Notes: generated by a model not told the origin, from the sequence alone. Positions 38,809 through 48,726 are shown, counted from the first letter of the stretch. The stretch: DNA of 64,000 nucleotides from Candidatus Obscuribacteraceae bacterium (GCA_044229845.1 JBGASG010000001.1:672001-736000); one strand, 5' to 3'. Translations and numbers: made by a program.

Positions 38809-38814
38809 GGAAAT

Positions 38815-39309
38815 ATGAAACACGATCTGTTTACAGCCTACGCAAGCTATTACTGCAATACGGAATCGAATCCGAACATTCGTGTGCCGGATGTGATCGA
38901 GTGTGTGGCGAGAATCTTTGGCTACAAGCGCGGGCAGCCCTTTTTCGGCAGCGACGGCGATAAAATCGCGGCGCGCTATCAATCGCGCTGCAGCTGGAAC
39001 TGGGCCGACGACATCGAGCAAGCCCCCGACCCGACTCCGTGGTGGGTGGCGCAGGGCCGGCGCAATGAAAACATGGCATACATCCTGGTCTTGTTCATGG
39101 CGCTTTTTGCGGGCGGTGGACTCCTGGCACTGTGGACCACATACGCCGAGGCTAAGTATCAAGAACAGTCCGCTGCTCGCTGGCAGCAGGCGCAAGAGCC
39201 GTACGCGCAGTTCAGTCCTACTCCTCAGGTTCAACCGTACGGGGGTTATAGCTCTCCGGATCAGCAGAGCATTGCCCAGACGCGGGTGCACACCTATACG
39301 CCGCGCTGA
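38815..39309 (+). CDS. Hypothetical single-TM protein, tandem paralog
   Basis: As above; GAGGA SD; Q/P-rich tail. Confidence 0.8.
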   Translation: MKHDLFTAYASYYCNTESNPNIRVPDVIECVARIFGYKRGQPFFGSDGDKIAARYQSRCSWNWADDIEQAPDPTPWWVAQGRRNENMAYILVLFMALFAGGGLLALWTTYAEAKYQEQSAARWQQAQEPYAQFSPTPQVQPYGGYSSPDQQSIAQTRVHTYTPR

Positions 39310-39315
39310 TTGCGC

Positions 39316-40332
39316 CTAGTTCTTTGACGGTGCACCGTAGGTGGCGGCCTTGGGTGCTGCCTTCGATTCGACACCGGCTGCTTGTTGAAACTTATCGAGG
39401 GACGCATTCCGATTGGCTTCGGCTTCGCACAGAGCCGGGTTACAAATCAAAGCTTCGTCGAACTCTTTAAGCGCGCGCTCGTATTCGCCTGCCTCGTGAT
39501 AGGCGATGCCTAGCTTGTTGTGAACTTCGCCGAGTTTTGGATTGAAAGTCAGCGCTTGCTTGAAGTCAGACACCGCTCGCGGATAGTCTTGCAGCGCCAG
39601 GTAAATCTGCCCGCGATTGTAATAGGCCTGCCAGTTGCCTGGATTGTTGTAGATAGACTTGTTGTAATCGGCTAGAGCGGCATCGTAGTTGCCGATGCGG
39701 ATTAGCGCGTTGGCTCGATTGGTCAATGCTTCCGCATGGTGTGGATCTTTTTTCAAAGCCTCGTTGTATTCAGCGACTGCTTTGTCAAACTTGCCCTGCG
39801 CGTAGCAAACGTTGCCACGACCGTAGTATGGCTCGGCACTGCCCGGATCCAGCTTCTGCGCTCGATTGAAATCGGCGACCGCAGCTGCGAGATTGCCGGC
39901 TGCACTGTTGCATGCACCACGATTCATATAAATGAGCGGTGAGTCCGGATTGGTTCGCAGCGCCGCGCCGTAATCTGCAAGCGCCTGCGAATATCTCTTC
40001 TGGGCGGTCAATGACAGGGCGCGGTTGGCGTGCGCAGAATATCGGGATCTATCAAGCGCCAGGCATCTGGTGAAGTCCGCGATCGCCTGCTCGTGCTTTT
40101 GCATAGCAGCGTACGCCAACCCGCGATTGTAGTAGGCGGCCGCATTCTTGGGGTTGAACGCGATTGCCTTGGTGAGATGGGCGATCGCATCTTTGAGGTG
40201 ATGAAACAAATACGCGTGCGTGCCCTGGTTGTACTCGCTCTCAGCCGGCGTGGCAGCTTTTGCGGATGGAGCGAAACCAGCGCACGCGACGACAACAGCG
40301 GTGAGAAACGCGGCCGCCAGAATCTTCTTCAA
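39316..40332 (-). CDS. Exported TPR protein (about 8 repeats)
   Basis: Signal peptide; AYYNRG, YMNRG, YYGRG repeats. Confidence 0.92.
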   Translation of the reverse strand: MKKILAAAFLTAVVVACAGFAPSAKAATPAESEYNQGTHAYLFHHLKDAIAHLTKAIAFNPKNAAAYYNRGLAYAAMQKHEQAIADFTRCLALDRSRYSAHANRALSLTAQKRYSQALADYGAALRTNPDSPLIYMNRGACNSAAGNLAAAVADFNRAQKLDPGSAEPYYGRGNVCYAQGKFDKAVAEYNEALKKDPHHAEALTNRANALIRIGNYDAALADYNKSIYNNPGNWQAYYNRGQIYLALQDYPRAVSDFKQALTFNPKLGEVHNKLGIAYHEAGEYERALKEFDEALICNPALCEAEANRNASLDKFQQAAGVESKAAPKAATYGAPSKN

Positions 40333-41135
40333 GAGCGCAGACCTCGAATGAACGAAACTCTTATGTGAACCCGCGAAATGCCGTAACTGGGGAAACGACC
40401 GGCAGATTTCCGCAGCAGCTCGAGAGTGCGGCGCGCCGATTTCTCCAACTCGTCTGTGGCGAATTTGTTGTCCGACTGATCTGAAATTTCGAGGATGTTG
40501 AAATTCTCGTCCACCACCAGGTGGAACGAGATGGCGCCCTCACCGCTGGCATTTTTCTGCCAGATGCTGGTGGCGGCTTCTTGCAGTTTTTCTTCCCAGC
40601 GCTGCCAGGCTTCGCCGTTGTTGCTCATCTCGCGTTCAAAAGCCATCCACATCGCTCGCATACCCGGGTCTGCCGGCGGGCAGCGCACCAGATGCACCAT
40701 CACCCGCACGCGCTCGCCGTTTTGATCGATGCCTTCATCCAAGCGGGTCGTCTTTGCTTTCAAAATGTCATCATCAAGTTTTGCGCTGGCGGCCACGAAA
40801 CGCACCGTTGCTGGTATCGCCGGCATAAGTCGTGCTTGATTGGTGAAGCCTTTCAGATCCATCTTTTGCCAATCTTGAATCGTAATCGTGTTTAGTTTTG
40901 CCTCGCCCTGCAGTTGCGTCGAGTTGGTGCCGCCCTGCAGTTGGGTTGCACCAGTGCCGCCCTGCAGTTGCGTCGAGTCGGCACCACCCTTCAAGCTTCC
41001 GTCATCCAGTATGGGTGTCTGCTGCTGCAGCGACTGCTTACCGCTCTGGTTTACCGCGGGTTGATTTTTTGCGGGCGCCGGCTGGTCCGCGGTCAGCAGA
41101 AAACAGACAAGCAATAGGAACATGCAGCGTCTCAT
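40329..41135 (-). CDS. Exported hypothetical protein with 9-aa repeats; possible TonB-C-like tail
   Basis: Signal peptide; (xxxTQLQGG)x3; overlaps both neighbours by 4 nt. Confidence 0.7.
   Translation of the reverse strand: MRRCMFLLLVCFLLTADQPAPAKNQPAVNQSGKQSLQQQTPILDDGSLKGGADSTQLQGGTGATQLQGGTNSTQLQGEAKLNTITIQDWQKMDLKGFTNQARLMPAIPATVRFVAASAKLDDDILKAKTTRLDEGIDQNGERVRVMVHLVRCPPADPGMRAMWMAFEREMSNNGEAWQRWEEKLQEAATSIWQKNASGEGAISFHLVVDENFNILEISDQSDNKFATDELEKSARRTLELLRKSAGRFPSYGISRVHIRVSFIRGLRS
40905..40985. repeat. 27-bp tandem repeat x3 in coding sequence
   Basis: GCCCTGCAGTTG at 40905, 40932 and 40959. Confidence 0.88.
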
Positions 41136-42865
41136 AGTGCAGCCACCCGCTCTTGCATCTCTTTCATGGGTGTCATATCTCCCCGCTTCGAAGCAACTGC
41201 AATCCCGTCCTCGTAAGTTTTCAATGCGGCGTCCTTATCGCCTAGCGCCTCCAGCGCTTTGCCGAGCGCGACATATGCCACCGTGTGCGTTGGTTTGATT
41301 TCGAGAGCTTTGCGCAAAAACGGCAGAGCGCTCTCGTAGTCTTCTAATTCTACAAAGGCGCTGCCCATTCCGTGGTTTGCCAGCAGATCGTCAGGATCAA
41401 TCTCGAGAACCTGCTTGAACATACCCATGCGATGTTCCGCTTCTTGTCGTTGCTGCTGTCGATCCTTTTCGTTTTGCTGTTTTTCGGCGAATTCGCGGGC
41501 AACCTGTGACATGCGGATGCTCATCGCTTTCGCCTTCTCTTCCTCGGCCAGTTCTTTATTGCCTTGTTGCATGTAGAACACAGAAAGGTTGGCGTGCGCC
41601 ATAATCGATTCCGGGTCGAGAGCTTCCAGCTTTTGCATGAGAGCGATGGCTTCGTCGTATTGCTCATGCCGAGAGAGGATAACTCCGAGCGCTTCGTATG
41701 CGTCTGCAAAGGTAGGATTTAATTCAATCGCTTCACGCAATAGAGAAACTGCCTTGCTTTCGGAGCCGCCGGCGAACTCAGCCAGTCCTTCCTCATAAAG
41801 TCGTTTGGCATCAGCGCTGCGCGAAGCCGGTGTATAGAAAGGCAGCGAGACAACCGTAACTCGATGTTTTGATTCTCCGACCCTCAGCGCAATTTCTTTG
41901 TTGGGGACTCTGAACTCCCGCGACACGTAGGCAAGGGCAATGGTGCAGTTGAGAGTGGGCGAGAATACGTTGCTGCGGATGATGACAGTCTCGCTGGTAT
42001 CATTGATGGTGCCGGTGGCACCGTTCTCGAATTTCAGGTGTTCTCCCTGAATAAATTTGATGCCCATCAAGCCGCGTTTTGGTGCACCATAAGTCTTGAT
42101 GCGAGCGAGCACTTCCTGTCCTTGAAAGCACCCTTTCGTGTAGCTGGCCGCCGTGTGTTCCAGTCCCGTTTCCGGGAGCAACTCTTCCTCACTCATATCG
42201 GTCCCGAACAGCGGAATGCCGGCTTCGACACGACAGGTGTTCAGGGACTCTCGACTGACTTGGGATAGTCCGGCTGCTTGCGCTGCCGATCGCAGTTTCT
42301 CACCAAACTCGGTGGCGCCGGACGGAGCCAAGATCAGCGCACCATTTTCGCCGGTGAGATTTCGCCTGACCAAGATGATGTCATCTACATCTAAGAATTT
42401 GCAGCCCACAATGCCGTTATCTGCAGCAGCGCTGTCAGTCGCCGGGGAGAGCACTTTTGTGCTCAGCGGACCCTGTACCGTAAACACGAGGTATCGGTCG
42501 CTGACTACTTCGTACTCGACCTGTTCGCGGAAGTGGTACTTCTCCAGCTCCGAATAGATGAGCGGAATCTGACCGGTTTCCGCCACTATCCAGTAGGTTT
42601 CTTCCAGACGATGCAGCGAGAAGAACGCCATGATATGCCCTTTACGCTCCAACAAGGCGGTCAGCTCGCCCTGTCCGGAGGCTACTGCCAGGACATCATT
42701 GGAGACACGCGCCTGCAGAAACTGGGCCGCCTGCGGACCTTTGATCAGAATAAAGCCGTACGTTCCAGAGAGGTCGGCATAACCGCCCGCTCGACGTACG
42801 GCGTTTACTTCATCGTTTGACAATTCGGTATGGAGGCTGAGTTGAGTAGCGATTAGACGCTGCAC
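41132..42865 (-). CDS. ygfZ: YgfZ/Iba57 (GcvT-fold) Fe-S maturation protein fused to C-terminal TPRs
   Basis: RVEAGIP, LLPETGL, signature SYTKGCFQGQE; about 5 TPRs after VSLPFY. Confidence 0.88.
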   Translation of the reverse strand: MQRLIATQLSLHTELSNDEVNAVRRAGGYADLSGTYGFILIKGPQAAQFLQARVSNDVLAVASGQGELTALLERKGHIMAFFSLHRLEETYWIVAETGQIPLIYSELEKYHFREQVEYEVVSDRYLVFTVQGPLSTKVLSPATDSAAADNGIVGCKFLDVDDIILVRRNLTGENGALILAPSGATEFGEKLRSAAQAAGLSQVSRESLNTCRVEAGIPLFGTDMSEEELLPETGLEHTAASYTKGCFQGQEVLARIKTYGAPKRGLMGIKFIQGEHLKFENGATGTINDTSETVIIRSNVFSPTLNCTIALAYVSREFRVPNKEIALRVGESKHRVTVVSLPFYTPASRSADAKRLYEEGLAEFAGGSESKAVSLLREAIELNPTFADAYEALGVILSRHEQYDEAIALMQKLEALDPESIMAHANLSVFYMQQGNKELAEEEKAKAMSIRMSQVAREFAEKQQNEKDRQQQRQEAEHRMGMFKQVLEIDPDDLLANHGMGSAFVELEDYESALPFLRKALEIKPTHTVAYVALGKALEALGDKDAALKTYEDGIAVASKRGDMTPMKEMQERVAAL

Positions 42866-42867
42866 GA

Positions 42868-43218
42868 TTAGACGTTAAAGGACTGACCGCAACCGCACGA
42901 ACTCTTCGCTTGTGGGTTTTTGATGGTGAAGCCGTGTCCTTCCAGACCGCCGTCGAAATGCAGAATGGTGCCTTTGAGATAGATTGCACTCTTGGGGTCG
43001 ACATAGACTTTGACACCGTTGCTTTCAACAACGTGATCCTTCTCTTGCTCGTTGTCGAAGCTCAACCCGTAGGACATGCCGGAGCATCCGCCGCCGCGAA
43101 CTTCCAGGCGCAAACCGGATTTGTCGGGCTCATTCGCCAACAGCTTTTTCACTTCCGCTGCCGCTTCCGGCGTCACGTTGACGATGGTTTCGCTGGCGGT
43201 GGTGGTAGTGTCTGCCAT
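42868..43218 (-). CDS. iscA: A-type Fe-S carrier (IscA/ErpA/HesB family)
   Basis: GGGCSGMSY, VDPKSAIYL, NPQAKSSCGCGQSF; GAGG SD before ATG 43218; TATAAT on the minus strand at 43261-43266. Confidence 0.95.
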   Translation of the reverse strand: MADTTTTASETIVNVTPEAAAEVKKLLANEPDKSGLRLEVRGGGCSGMSYGLSFDNEQEKDHVVESNGVKVYVDPKSAIYLKGTILHFDGGLEGHGFTIKNPQAKSSCGCGQSFNV

Positions 43219-43353
43219 GATAATTTCCTCTTGTACAGCTGTGAAAGCGCTCACGTGCCAATTATAGCCTGGTTGCCAATGTACTCGACCCCAAGCCTCT
43301 GTTTTTCGCAACATTTGAGGCGGCGGGGGTCTTTTTCGGCCTTAGGGCGTTTA

Positions 43354-43414
43354 AACACTTCTGTTGTAACCAAGAGGTCCGGGCACTGCGCCTCTTGATT
43401 ACAACAGAAGTGTT
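43354..43414. repeat. 24-bp inverted repeat (1 mismatch) with 13-nt loop
   Basis: AACACTTCTGTTGTAACCAAGAGG (43354-43377) and CCTCTTGATTACAACAGAAGTGTT (43391-43414). Confidence 0.92.
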
Positions 43415-43449
43415 GATTTGGCATAGGTGACGAAATAGCACCCCCGCCG

Positions 43450-44127
43450 TCACCGAGAACGTTCGTCGCTCTGGATTTCGCCGTCTTTAAACCGTATCAC
43501 CCGCCGGGCATAGGTCGCGATGTCGGGCTCGTGCGTCACCAGCACTATGGTCATGCCCTGGTCATGCAGTTCGCGAAGCAAGGTCATTATTTCGGCTGAG
43601 GTATGCGAGTCGAGTGCGCCGGTTGGCTCATCTGCTAGCAGGAGTGAGGGATTGTTGACCAGGGCGCGAGCGATGGACACTCGCTGTTGCTGTCCTCCGG
43701 AAAGTTCGTTGGGACGGTGATGAACACGGTCGCCTAGCCCCACCAGTCGCAATACCTTCTGGGCGCGTTCCAGCCTCTCTTCCTTGCGCACCTGGGCGTA
43801 AATCAACGGCAGCATCACGTTTTCCAGGGCATTCATGCGGGGCAAGAGGTTGAATTGCTGGAAGACAAAACCGATCTTGCGGTTGCGAACCTCAGCCAGA
43901 GTATCTTCCGAGAAGGTGTGCACCGGTTCGCCTTCGAACATATATTCTCCGGTGGTCGGCTTGTCCAGACAGCCGACGATGTTCATCAGAGTCGATTTGC
44001 CGGACCCGGATGATCCCATGACGGCAACATATTCGCCGGCGAGAATCGACAGGTTGACGCCCCGCAACGCATGCACCGGTTGCGAGCCCGCCAGGTAAGT
44101 GCGCGTGATTTGTTTTAGTTGAATCAC
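43450..44127 (-). CDS. MacB/LolD-family ABC ATP-binding protein
   Basis: GSSGSGKST, LSGGQQQRV, LLADEPTG, VTHE. Confidence 0.96.
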   Translation of the reverse strand: MIQLKQITRTYLAGSQPVHALRGVNLSILAGEYVAVMGSSGSGKSTLMNIVGCLDKPTTGEYMFEGEPVHTFSEDTLAEVRNRKIGFVFQQFNLLPRMNALENVMLPLIYAQVRKEERLERAQKVLRLVGLGDRVHHRPNELSGGQQQRVSIARALVNNPSLLLADEPTGALDSHTSAEIMTLLRELHDQGMTIVLVTHEPDIATYARRVIRFKDGEIQSDERSR

Positions 44128-44148
44128 TTCACGCCTGCTTGCATATCA

Positions 44149-45381
44149 TTACTCTGTGCGCAGCGCCACGATCGGGTCTAGCTTGGCTGCCTGACGAGCC
44201 GGATAGACGCCGAAGAAGAGCCCGACGATGATAGAAACTCCAAAGGCCAGCACCACCGAAATTGGTGTCACTACCGTCGTCCATTTGGCGAAATAAGTGA
44301 CCGCATAGGACGCTCCTATGCCGATGGCGATGCCGATTATCCCGCCCGCCAGTGACAACACGGTGGCTTCGATGACGAATTGCCACATGATATCGGCGTA
44401 CTTGGCGCCCACCGCTTTGCGCACGCCGATCTCCCGCGTGCGTTCGGTGACTGAGACCAGCATGATGTTCATAATGCCGATGCCGCCGACGATGAGCGAG
44501 ATTGCCGCAGTCGAGCCCAGCAGCGATGTGAAAATGCCGGTGATGTTTTGCGAGGTCTGCAGCAGGTCTTTTTGCGTGCGCAGCATGAAGTCTTCCGTGC
44601 TGGGATCCGTAATGCGGTGCCGTTGCCGCAGCAGGTTGGTGATTTGAAATTCGGCCGGCACCACGTCATCTTCGGATTTGGCACTGACCAGAATGAATTG
44701 GACAGCGCGTCCTGTCACAGGTTTCATCCCGAAAATTCGATTGAAGCCCGTGGTCAGAGGAATAAACACCTGGTCGTCCATATCGGTAAAGGCGGTGCTG
44801 CCTTTGTGTTCCATGACGCCGATAACGGAAAAATTCTCGCCCTTGATCAAAACATTTTTGCCGATTGCATCATCTTCTTTATCGAAGATGGCGTCTTTGA
44901 CCACCTCACCGAGAACGACGACGCGACTGTTCTTGTCCAGGTCGACTTGATTGATAAAGCGGCCGGTCGCCGTATGGAAATTGCGAATCTGCTCGTAATC
45001 AGGAACGATAGCGCAGACATTGGTGGTGGTGTTTTTCGCACCATACTGGACTTGTTGCATACCCTGCACGCCCGGGCACACATCTTCAATTGCCGGACAG
45101 ATCTCGCGCATCGCTTCTGCATCTTCCCAGGTCAGCGTATTCGAAGAACCCATCCCGTAAGAAACACCGGAAGCATGCGCCTGCCCGGCGCGCACGAAGA
45201 TGAAATTGGTGCCCAAGCTCTTGATCTGTTTGTCGGCCTCTTCCTTCGCGCCGTGTCCAATTGCCAAAAGCGCGATCACGGCCGCGATACCAATGACGAT
45301 ACCAAGCATGGTCAGGCAACTGCGCATTCTGTTGGCGGCTATGCTGTGCCAGGCAAGTAGAATCAGTTCCCAGAATCGCAT
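44149..45381 (-). CDS. MacB/FtsX-family ABC permease
   Basis: RS.LTMLGIVIG, GGIGIMNIMLVSVTERTREIG.RKA.GA, PARQAAKLDPI.ALR. Confidence 0.96.
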   Translation of the reverse strand: MRFWELILLAWHSIAANRMRSCLTMLGIVIGIAAVIALLAIGHGAKEEADKQIKSLGTNFIFVRAGQAHASGVSYGMGSSNTLTWEDAEAMREICPAIEDVCPGVQGMQQVQYGAKNTTTNVCAIVPDYEQIRNFHTATGRFINQVDLDKNSRVVVLGEVVKDAIFDKEDDAIGKNVLIKGENFSVIGVMEHKGSTAFTDMDDQVFIPLTTGFNRIFGMKPVTGRAVQFILVSAKSEDDVVPAEFQITNLLRQRHRITDPSTEDFMLRTQKDLLQTSQNITGIFTSLLGSTAAISLIVGGIGIMNIMLVSVTERTREIGVRKAVGAKYADIMWQFVIEATVLSLAGGIIGIAIGIGASYAVTYFAKWTTVVTPISVVLAFGVSIIVGLFFGVYPARQAAKLDPIVALRTE

Positions 45382-45399
45382 ATCAGATCTGCATTATTC

Positions 45400-46977
45400 T
45401 TAGCGACCGCCCATGCCGCGTGGCAAGCCTGGACCGCGACCACCGCCGCCGCCACCGCCGCGACCACCACCACCACCGCCGCCGCGTCCACCGCCGCCGC
45501 CGCCACCCATGCCGCGCATGCCCATGGCGCCGGGATCTTCATAACCCTGTTCGATCAGTTGTTCTTTGGTTAGCGCCAGCAATATCTCGTCGCCTTCCTT
45601 CAAACCGTCGGTGACAGCAGTTTTGGTACCGGAAGCCAGCCCCACCTTGATCGGTTTGAATTTTGGTTTTCCTTCTTTGCCCGCCACGAAAACGCCCGTC
45701 TTGCCGTGCTTGCTGACGACGGCAGCTGTGGGGATCTGCAGTACATTTTCCATCCGTCCAGAGGTGAACTGAGCGTTGACGTTCATCCCGGACATCAACT
45801 TATGTTTGGGATCGTCGGTGACGGCAGCATGCACTTCGAAAGTGGTGACGTTTTGATTGACGATTGCCTCGGGCGCAATCAGTGTCACCTTGCCGTGATA
45901 AACCTTGTCTGGAAAGGCGTTGGCGACGATGGTGACGACCTGTCCGATGTGCACGTTTTCGATGTCGGTTTCAGAAACGGCCGCTACCATCTCCAGATTT
46001 CCCGCCAGCGAAATTATCGAACTGGACGTGGCGGAATTTGTTGCCGACGCGGTCGTCGGTGTGACGATGGCGCCGATATCGGCGTATTTTTGCGTCACTA
46101 CGCCGTCGAATGGAGCCTTGATACGCGTGTCGTTGAGCTGGCTCTTCAGGTATTTGTAGTTGCCCTCAGCTTGCAGCATTGATTGCTTGGCGGCGCGCAC
46201 ATCTTCCTGACGAAATCCTTCCTTCATCATGCTGTATTTTTGTTCGGCGCTGGACACGTCATGCTTGCTCTGTAGATTGGAAGCTTCAGCGGTGCGCAAG
46301 TCATCTTGCGACTTCTCGAGAGCAGCTAGAGACATCTCGGCTTGCGTGGCGGCGTTCAGTCGATCCTGGTCGCTGATGGCACCGTCTTTTGCCAGTTGAA
46401 TCAGGCGGGCTGCATTCAACTGATCTCGTTTCAGCTGCGCCGTGATCGACTTCACGTCGGCTTTCGCCTTGAGCACCACGCTCAGGCTGGACGTCAGTGC
46501 GTTCTCGGCTTTGCGCAGCTGTGCTTCGGCATCCAATACTTCTTGCACACGGTTACCGTGCAGGCACTTTTCATAGTTGGCTACGGCGGCTCCATAAGCG
46601 GACTCAGCCGACTGCACCTGGCCGATCAAGTTGCTGTCGTCCATGACTGCGACCAGCTGACCTTGCTTGACGAAGTCGCCCTGTTGCACAAGCAATTCGC
46701 GCAACAGTCCGGTGTACTTCGGGCTCAGCTTCACCTGGTTGTAAGGTCTGATTGTGCCGGTGGCACTGATCTTTAGATCGAGCGGACCGCGCGTCACTTT
46801 GATGACAGTCTTGGCGTCGGCGGTCTCAGCTGGTTTGCCAGGACCCCAGGTCATCCAGGCGTAGACGCCGCCAGCTACAGCCGCCAGTGCAACTGATGTC
46901 CAGATTACGAGCGCAACCAGACGACGGCGTTTTGCCTTCTGTATAAAGCCTGACTCTACGCCAGTTTCGCTGACCAT
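45400..46977 (-). CDS. Efflux periplasmic adaptor (MacA/HlyD family) with Gly/Arg-rich tail
   Basis: N-terminal TM, GDFVKQGQLVA, long coiled hairpin, IKAPFDGVV, GLKEGD; tail of G7R repeats. Confidence 0.93.
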   Translation of the reverse strand: MVSETGVESGFIQKAKRRRLVALVIWTSVALAAVAGGVYAWMTWGPGKPAETADAKTVIKVTRGPLDLKISATGTIRPYNQVKLSPKYTGLLRELLVQQGDFVKQGQLVAVMDDSNLIGQVQSAESAYGAAVANYEKCLHGNRVQEVLDAEAQLRKAENALTSSLSVVLKAKADVKSITAQLKRDQLNAARLIQLAKDGAISDQDRLNAATQAEMSLAALEKSQDDLRTAEASNLQSKHDVSSAEQKYSMMKEGFRQEDVRAAKQSMLQAEGNYKYLKSQLNDTRIKAPFDGVVTQKYADIGAIVTPTTASATNSATSSSIISLAGNLEMVAAVSETDIENVHIGQVVTIVANAFPDKVYHGKVTLIAPEAIVNQNVTTFEVHAAVTDDPKHKLMSGMNVNAQFTSGRMENVLQIPTAAVVSKHGKTGVFVAGKEGKPKFKPIKVGLASGTKTAVTDGLKEGDEILLALTKEQLIEQGYEDPGAMGMRGMGGGGGGGRGGGGGGGRGGGGGGGRGPGLPRGMGGR

Positions 46978-47070
46978 GACTCGGTTCGCACCAGTTCAAG
47001 AAGGGTGTGATGCCCTAATCTTACCAAGTACTGTGTTTTTCGGGCGTTAAAGCCTGGGGAAACGGGCGCA

Positions 47071-47640
47071 CTACGACGAAAATGAATCGAACAGGACCTG
47101 CCCCAGTTCTGCCATTTCCCGGAAGGTGACGCGGACGATGTCCAGGTCGAGCGCAGTAAACGATGTCGGCTGTGACAGATAAATCCCGGTATTCGTCTTG
47201 ATCACCATCTCACTAAACTTCGACAGGTGTTCCAGCGCTAGCAGCCGGTCGTCGACACCCGGATAGCGCAAAAAGCGTTCCGCCACGTCGCGGTTGTCGT
47301 AACCCAGTATCAGTTTGGACTCCAGTTTTTTGTCACCGACCGTCTGTCCCCGCGACTCAAACAGCAACACCTGGCTGAAGAAACGAAACAGCCCCCGGCC
47401 GACCCGTGGTGTTACTGAGATCTTGGCACTGTCGTACATTGAGCGGTCGTCGTGATCGGGATTGGTTTCAATCGTATATGCGACCGGCCAGGGCCAGCCG
47501 GCTCCCACTGCTTCGAACGTGGCTGGAAAACCCATCACGATGCCTTTGACGCAGATACCCACGCGCTCGCCGTCATCGACGACATGTCCGTCGATAATCT
47601 CGGCAATTGCGTTCTGCTTGGCGTCTAAGTCGATGGACAA
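47071..47640 (-). CDS. Hypothetical protein
   Basis: 189-aa ORF starting 3 nt after the TPR gene stop. Confidence 0.7.
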   Translation of the reverse strand: MSIDLDAKQNAIAEIIDGHVVDDGERVGICVKGIVMGFPATFEAVGAGWPWPVAYTIETNPDHDDRSMYDSAKISVTPRVGRGLFRFFSQVLLFESRGQTVGDKKLESKLILGYDNRDVAERFLRYPGVDDRLLALEHLSKFSEMVIKTNTGIYLSQPTSFTALDLDIVRVTFREMAELGQVLFDSFSS

Positions 47641-47643
47641 GAC

Positions 47644-48726
47644 CTAATTCTCTTCTCCGCCTGCCATCTTAGTGGAGTCGGGGACAGCTGTCGATCCCTC
47701 AACCGGGGCAACCACGTTCATGCGCACTTGCGGTTCATCGCCCGCGGTATCACGCGGAAACGAAGACTCTATGTCTTTGATTTGTCTTTTCGCTTCCGGA
47801 GCAAATTCAGCCTCTGGAGCCAATTTCAGTGCATCGGTCAAAAGTGAGAAGGCTTGCGCCGGGTGTTTCATTTTGCAGTAAATGAGTCCGGTTCGGTAGT
47901 AAGCTTCAGCCATTTTGGGGTTGGCGCGCAGTGCTTTCACATATTGATTGAGCGCACCCTGCAAGTCTTTTTCTTGTTCGAGTGCATTGCCCATGTTGAC
48001 GTACGCGGAGTCGAAGCGCGGATCAATATCCACTGCTTGCTGCCATTTCTCCATGGCTTCCTGCAGTTTGCCCTTGGCGTAGAGCACCGTTCCCAACCCA
48101 TTGAGCGTGTAAGGGCGGGCGGGTTTGAGTGCCAGTGCTTTTTTGAAGGCGTCGAGGGCCTGGCTGTAATTCTTTTGTGAGCAGTAGATCAGTCCGAGGT
48201 TGCTGTACGCCTCTTCGAGCCGTCCGTCAGCCGCAAGAGCTGCTTTGTACTCCATGATCGCCGAATTGAGAGCGGCTTTCTGGTGAAACTCGACACCCTT
48301 GTTGTAGTGCTTAATCGCTTCATCTTTGTAAGGGCGATTGGGGTCTTCATCACCCGAGGCGGCTTTCTTCGAGGTAACTGACTGATCAGGAGATTCCGGC
48401 TGCGCTGCCTTCTTGCTCTCTGACTTAGATGATTTTTTACTGTCGGTCGAGGATTTTGCCGGGCTGGCGCCGTCATCGCCGGCTACGGCGCTGGGTTGGA
48501 TGGCAGCGTCCATGGTCGGGTCGGCTGCCGGTTTGGCGCTGGCATCGACCGTATCGGCCGCATTGGTGGTGCTGTCTGCCGATTCGGTCTTGGCAGCCTC
48601 CGTCTCAGCTGCAGTCGCTTTCTTAGACTTAGCTGCCGCGGGCATCTGTCCAAGCGATGCAGTCAGCGAGAACGCCGCGCAGAAGGCTAGAAGCGCTATC
48701 GGAGCCTGCCTCATAATGTGCCGCAT
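47644..48726 (-). CDS. Exported TPR protein
   Basis: Signal peptide, low-complexity linker, 5 TPRs (AYSNLG, AYVNMG). Confidence 0.9.
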   Translation of the reverse strand: MRHIMRQAPIALLAFCAAFSLTASLGQMPAAAKSKKATAAETEAAKTESADSTTNAADTVDASAKPAADPTMDAAIQPSAVAGDDGASPAKSSTDSKKSSKSESKKAAQPESPDQSVTSKKAASGDEDPNRPYKDEAIKHYNKGVEFHQKAALNSAIMEYKAALAADGRLEEAYSNLGLIYCSQKNYSQALDAFKKALALKPARPYTLNGLGTVLYAKGKLQEAMEKWQQAVDIDPRFDSAYVNMGNALEQEKDLQGALNQYVKALRANPKMAEAYYRTGLIYCKMKHPAQAFSLLTDALKLAPEAEFAPEAKRQIKDIESSFPRDTAGDEPQVRMNVVAPVEGSTAVPDSTKMAGGEEN

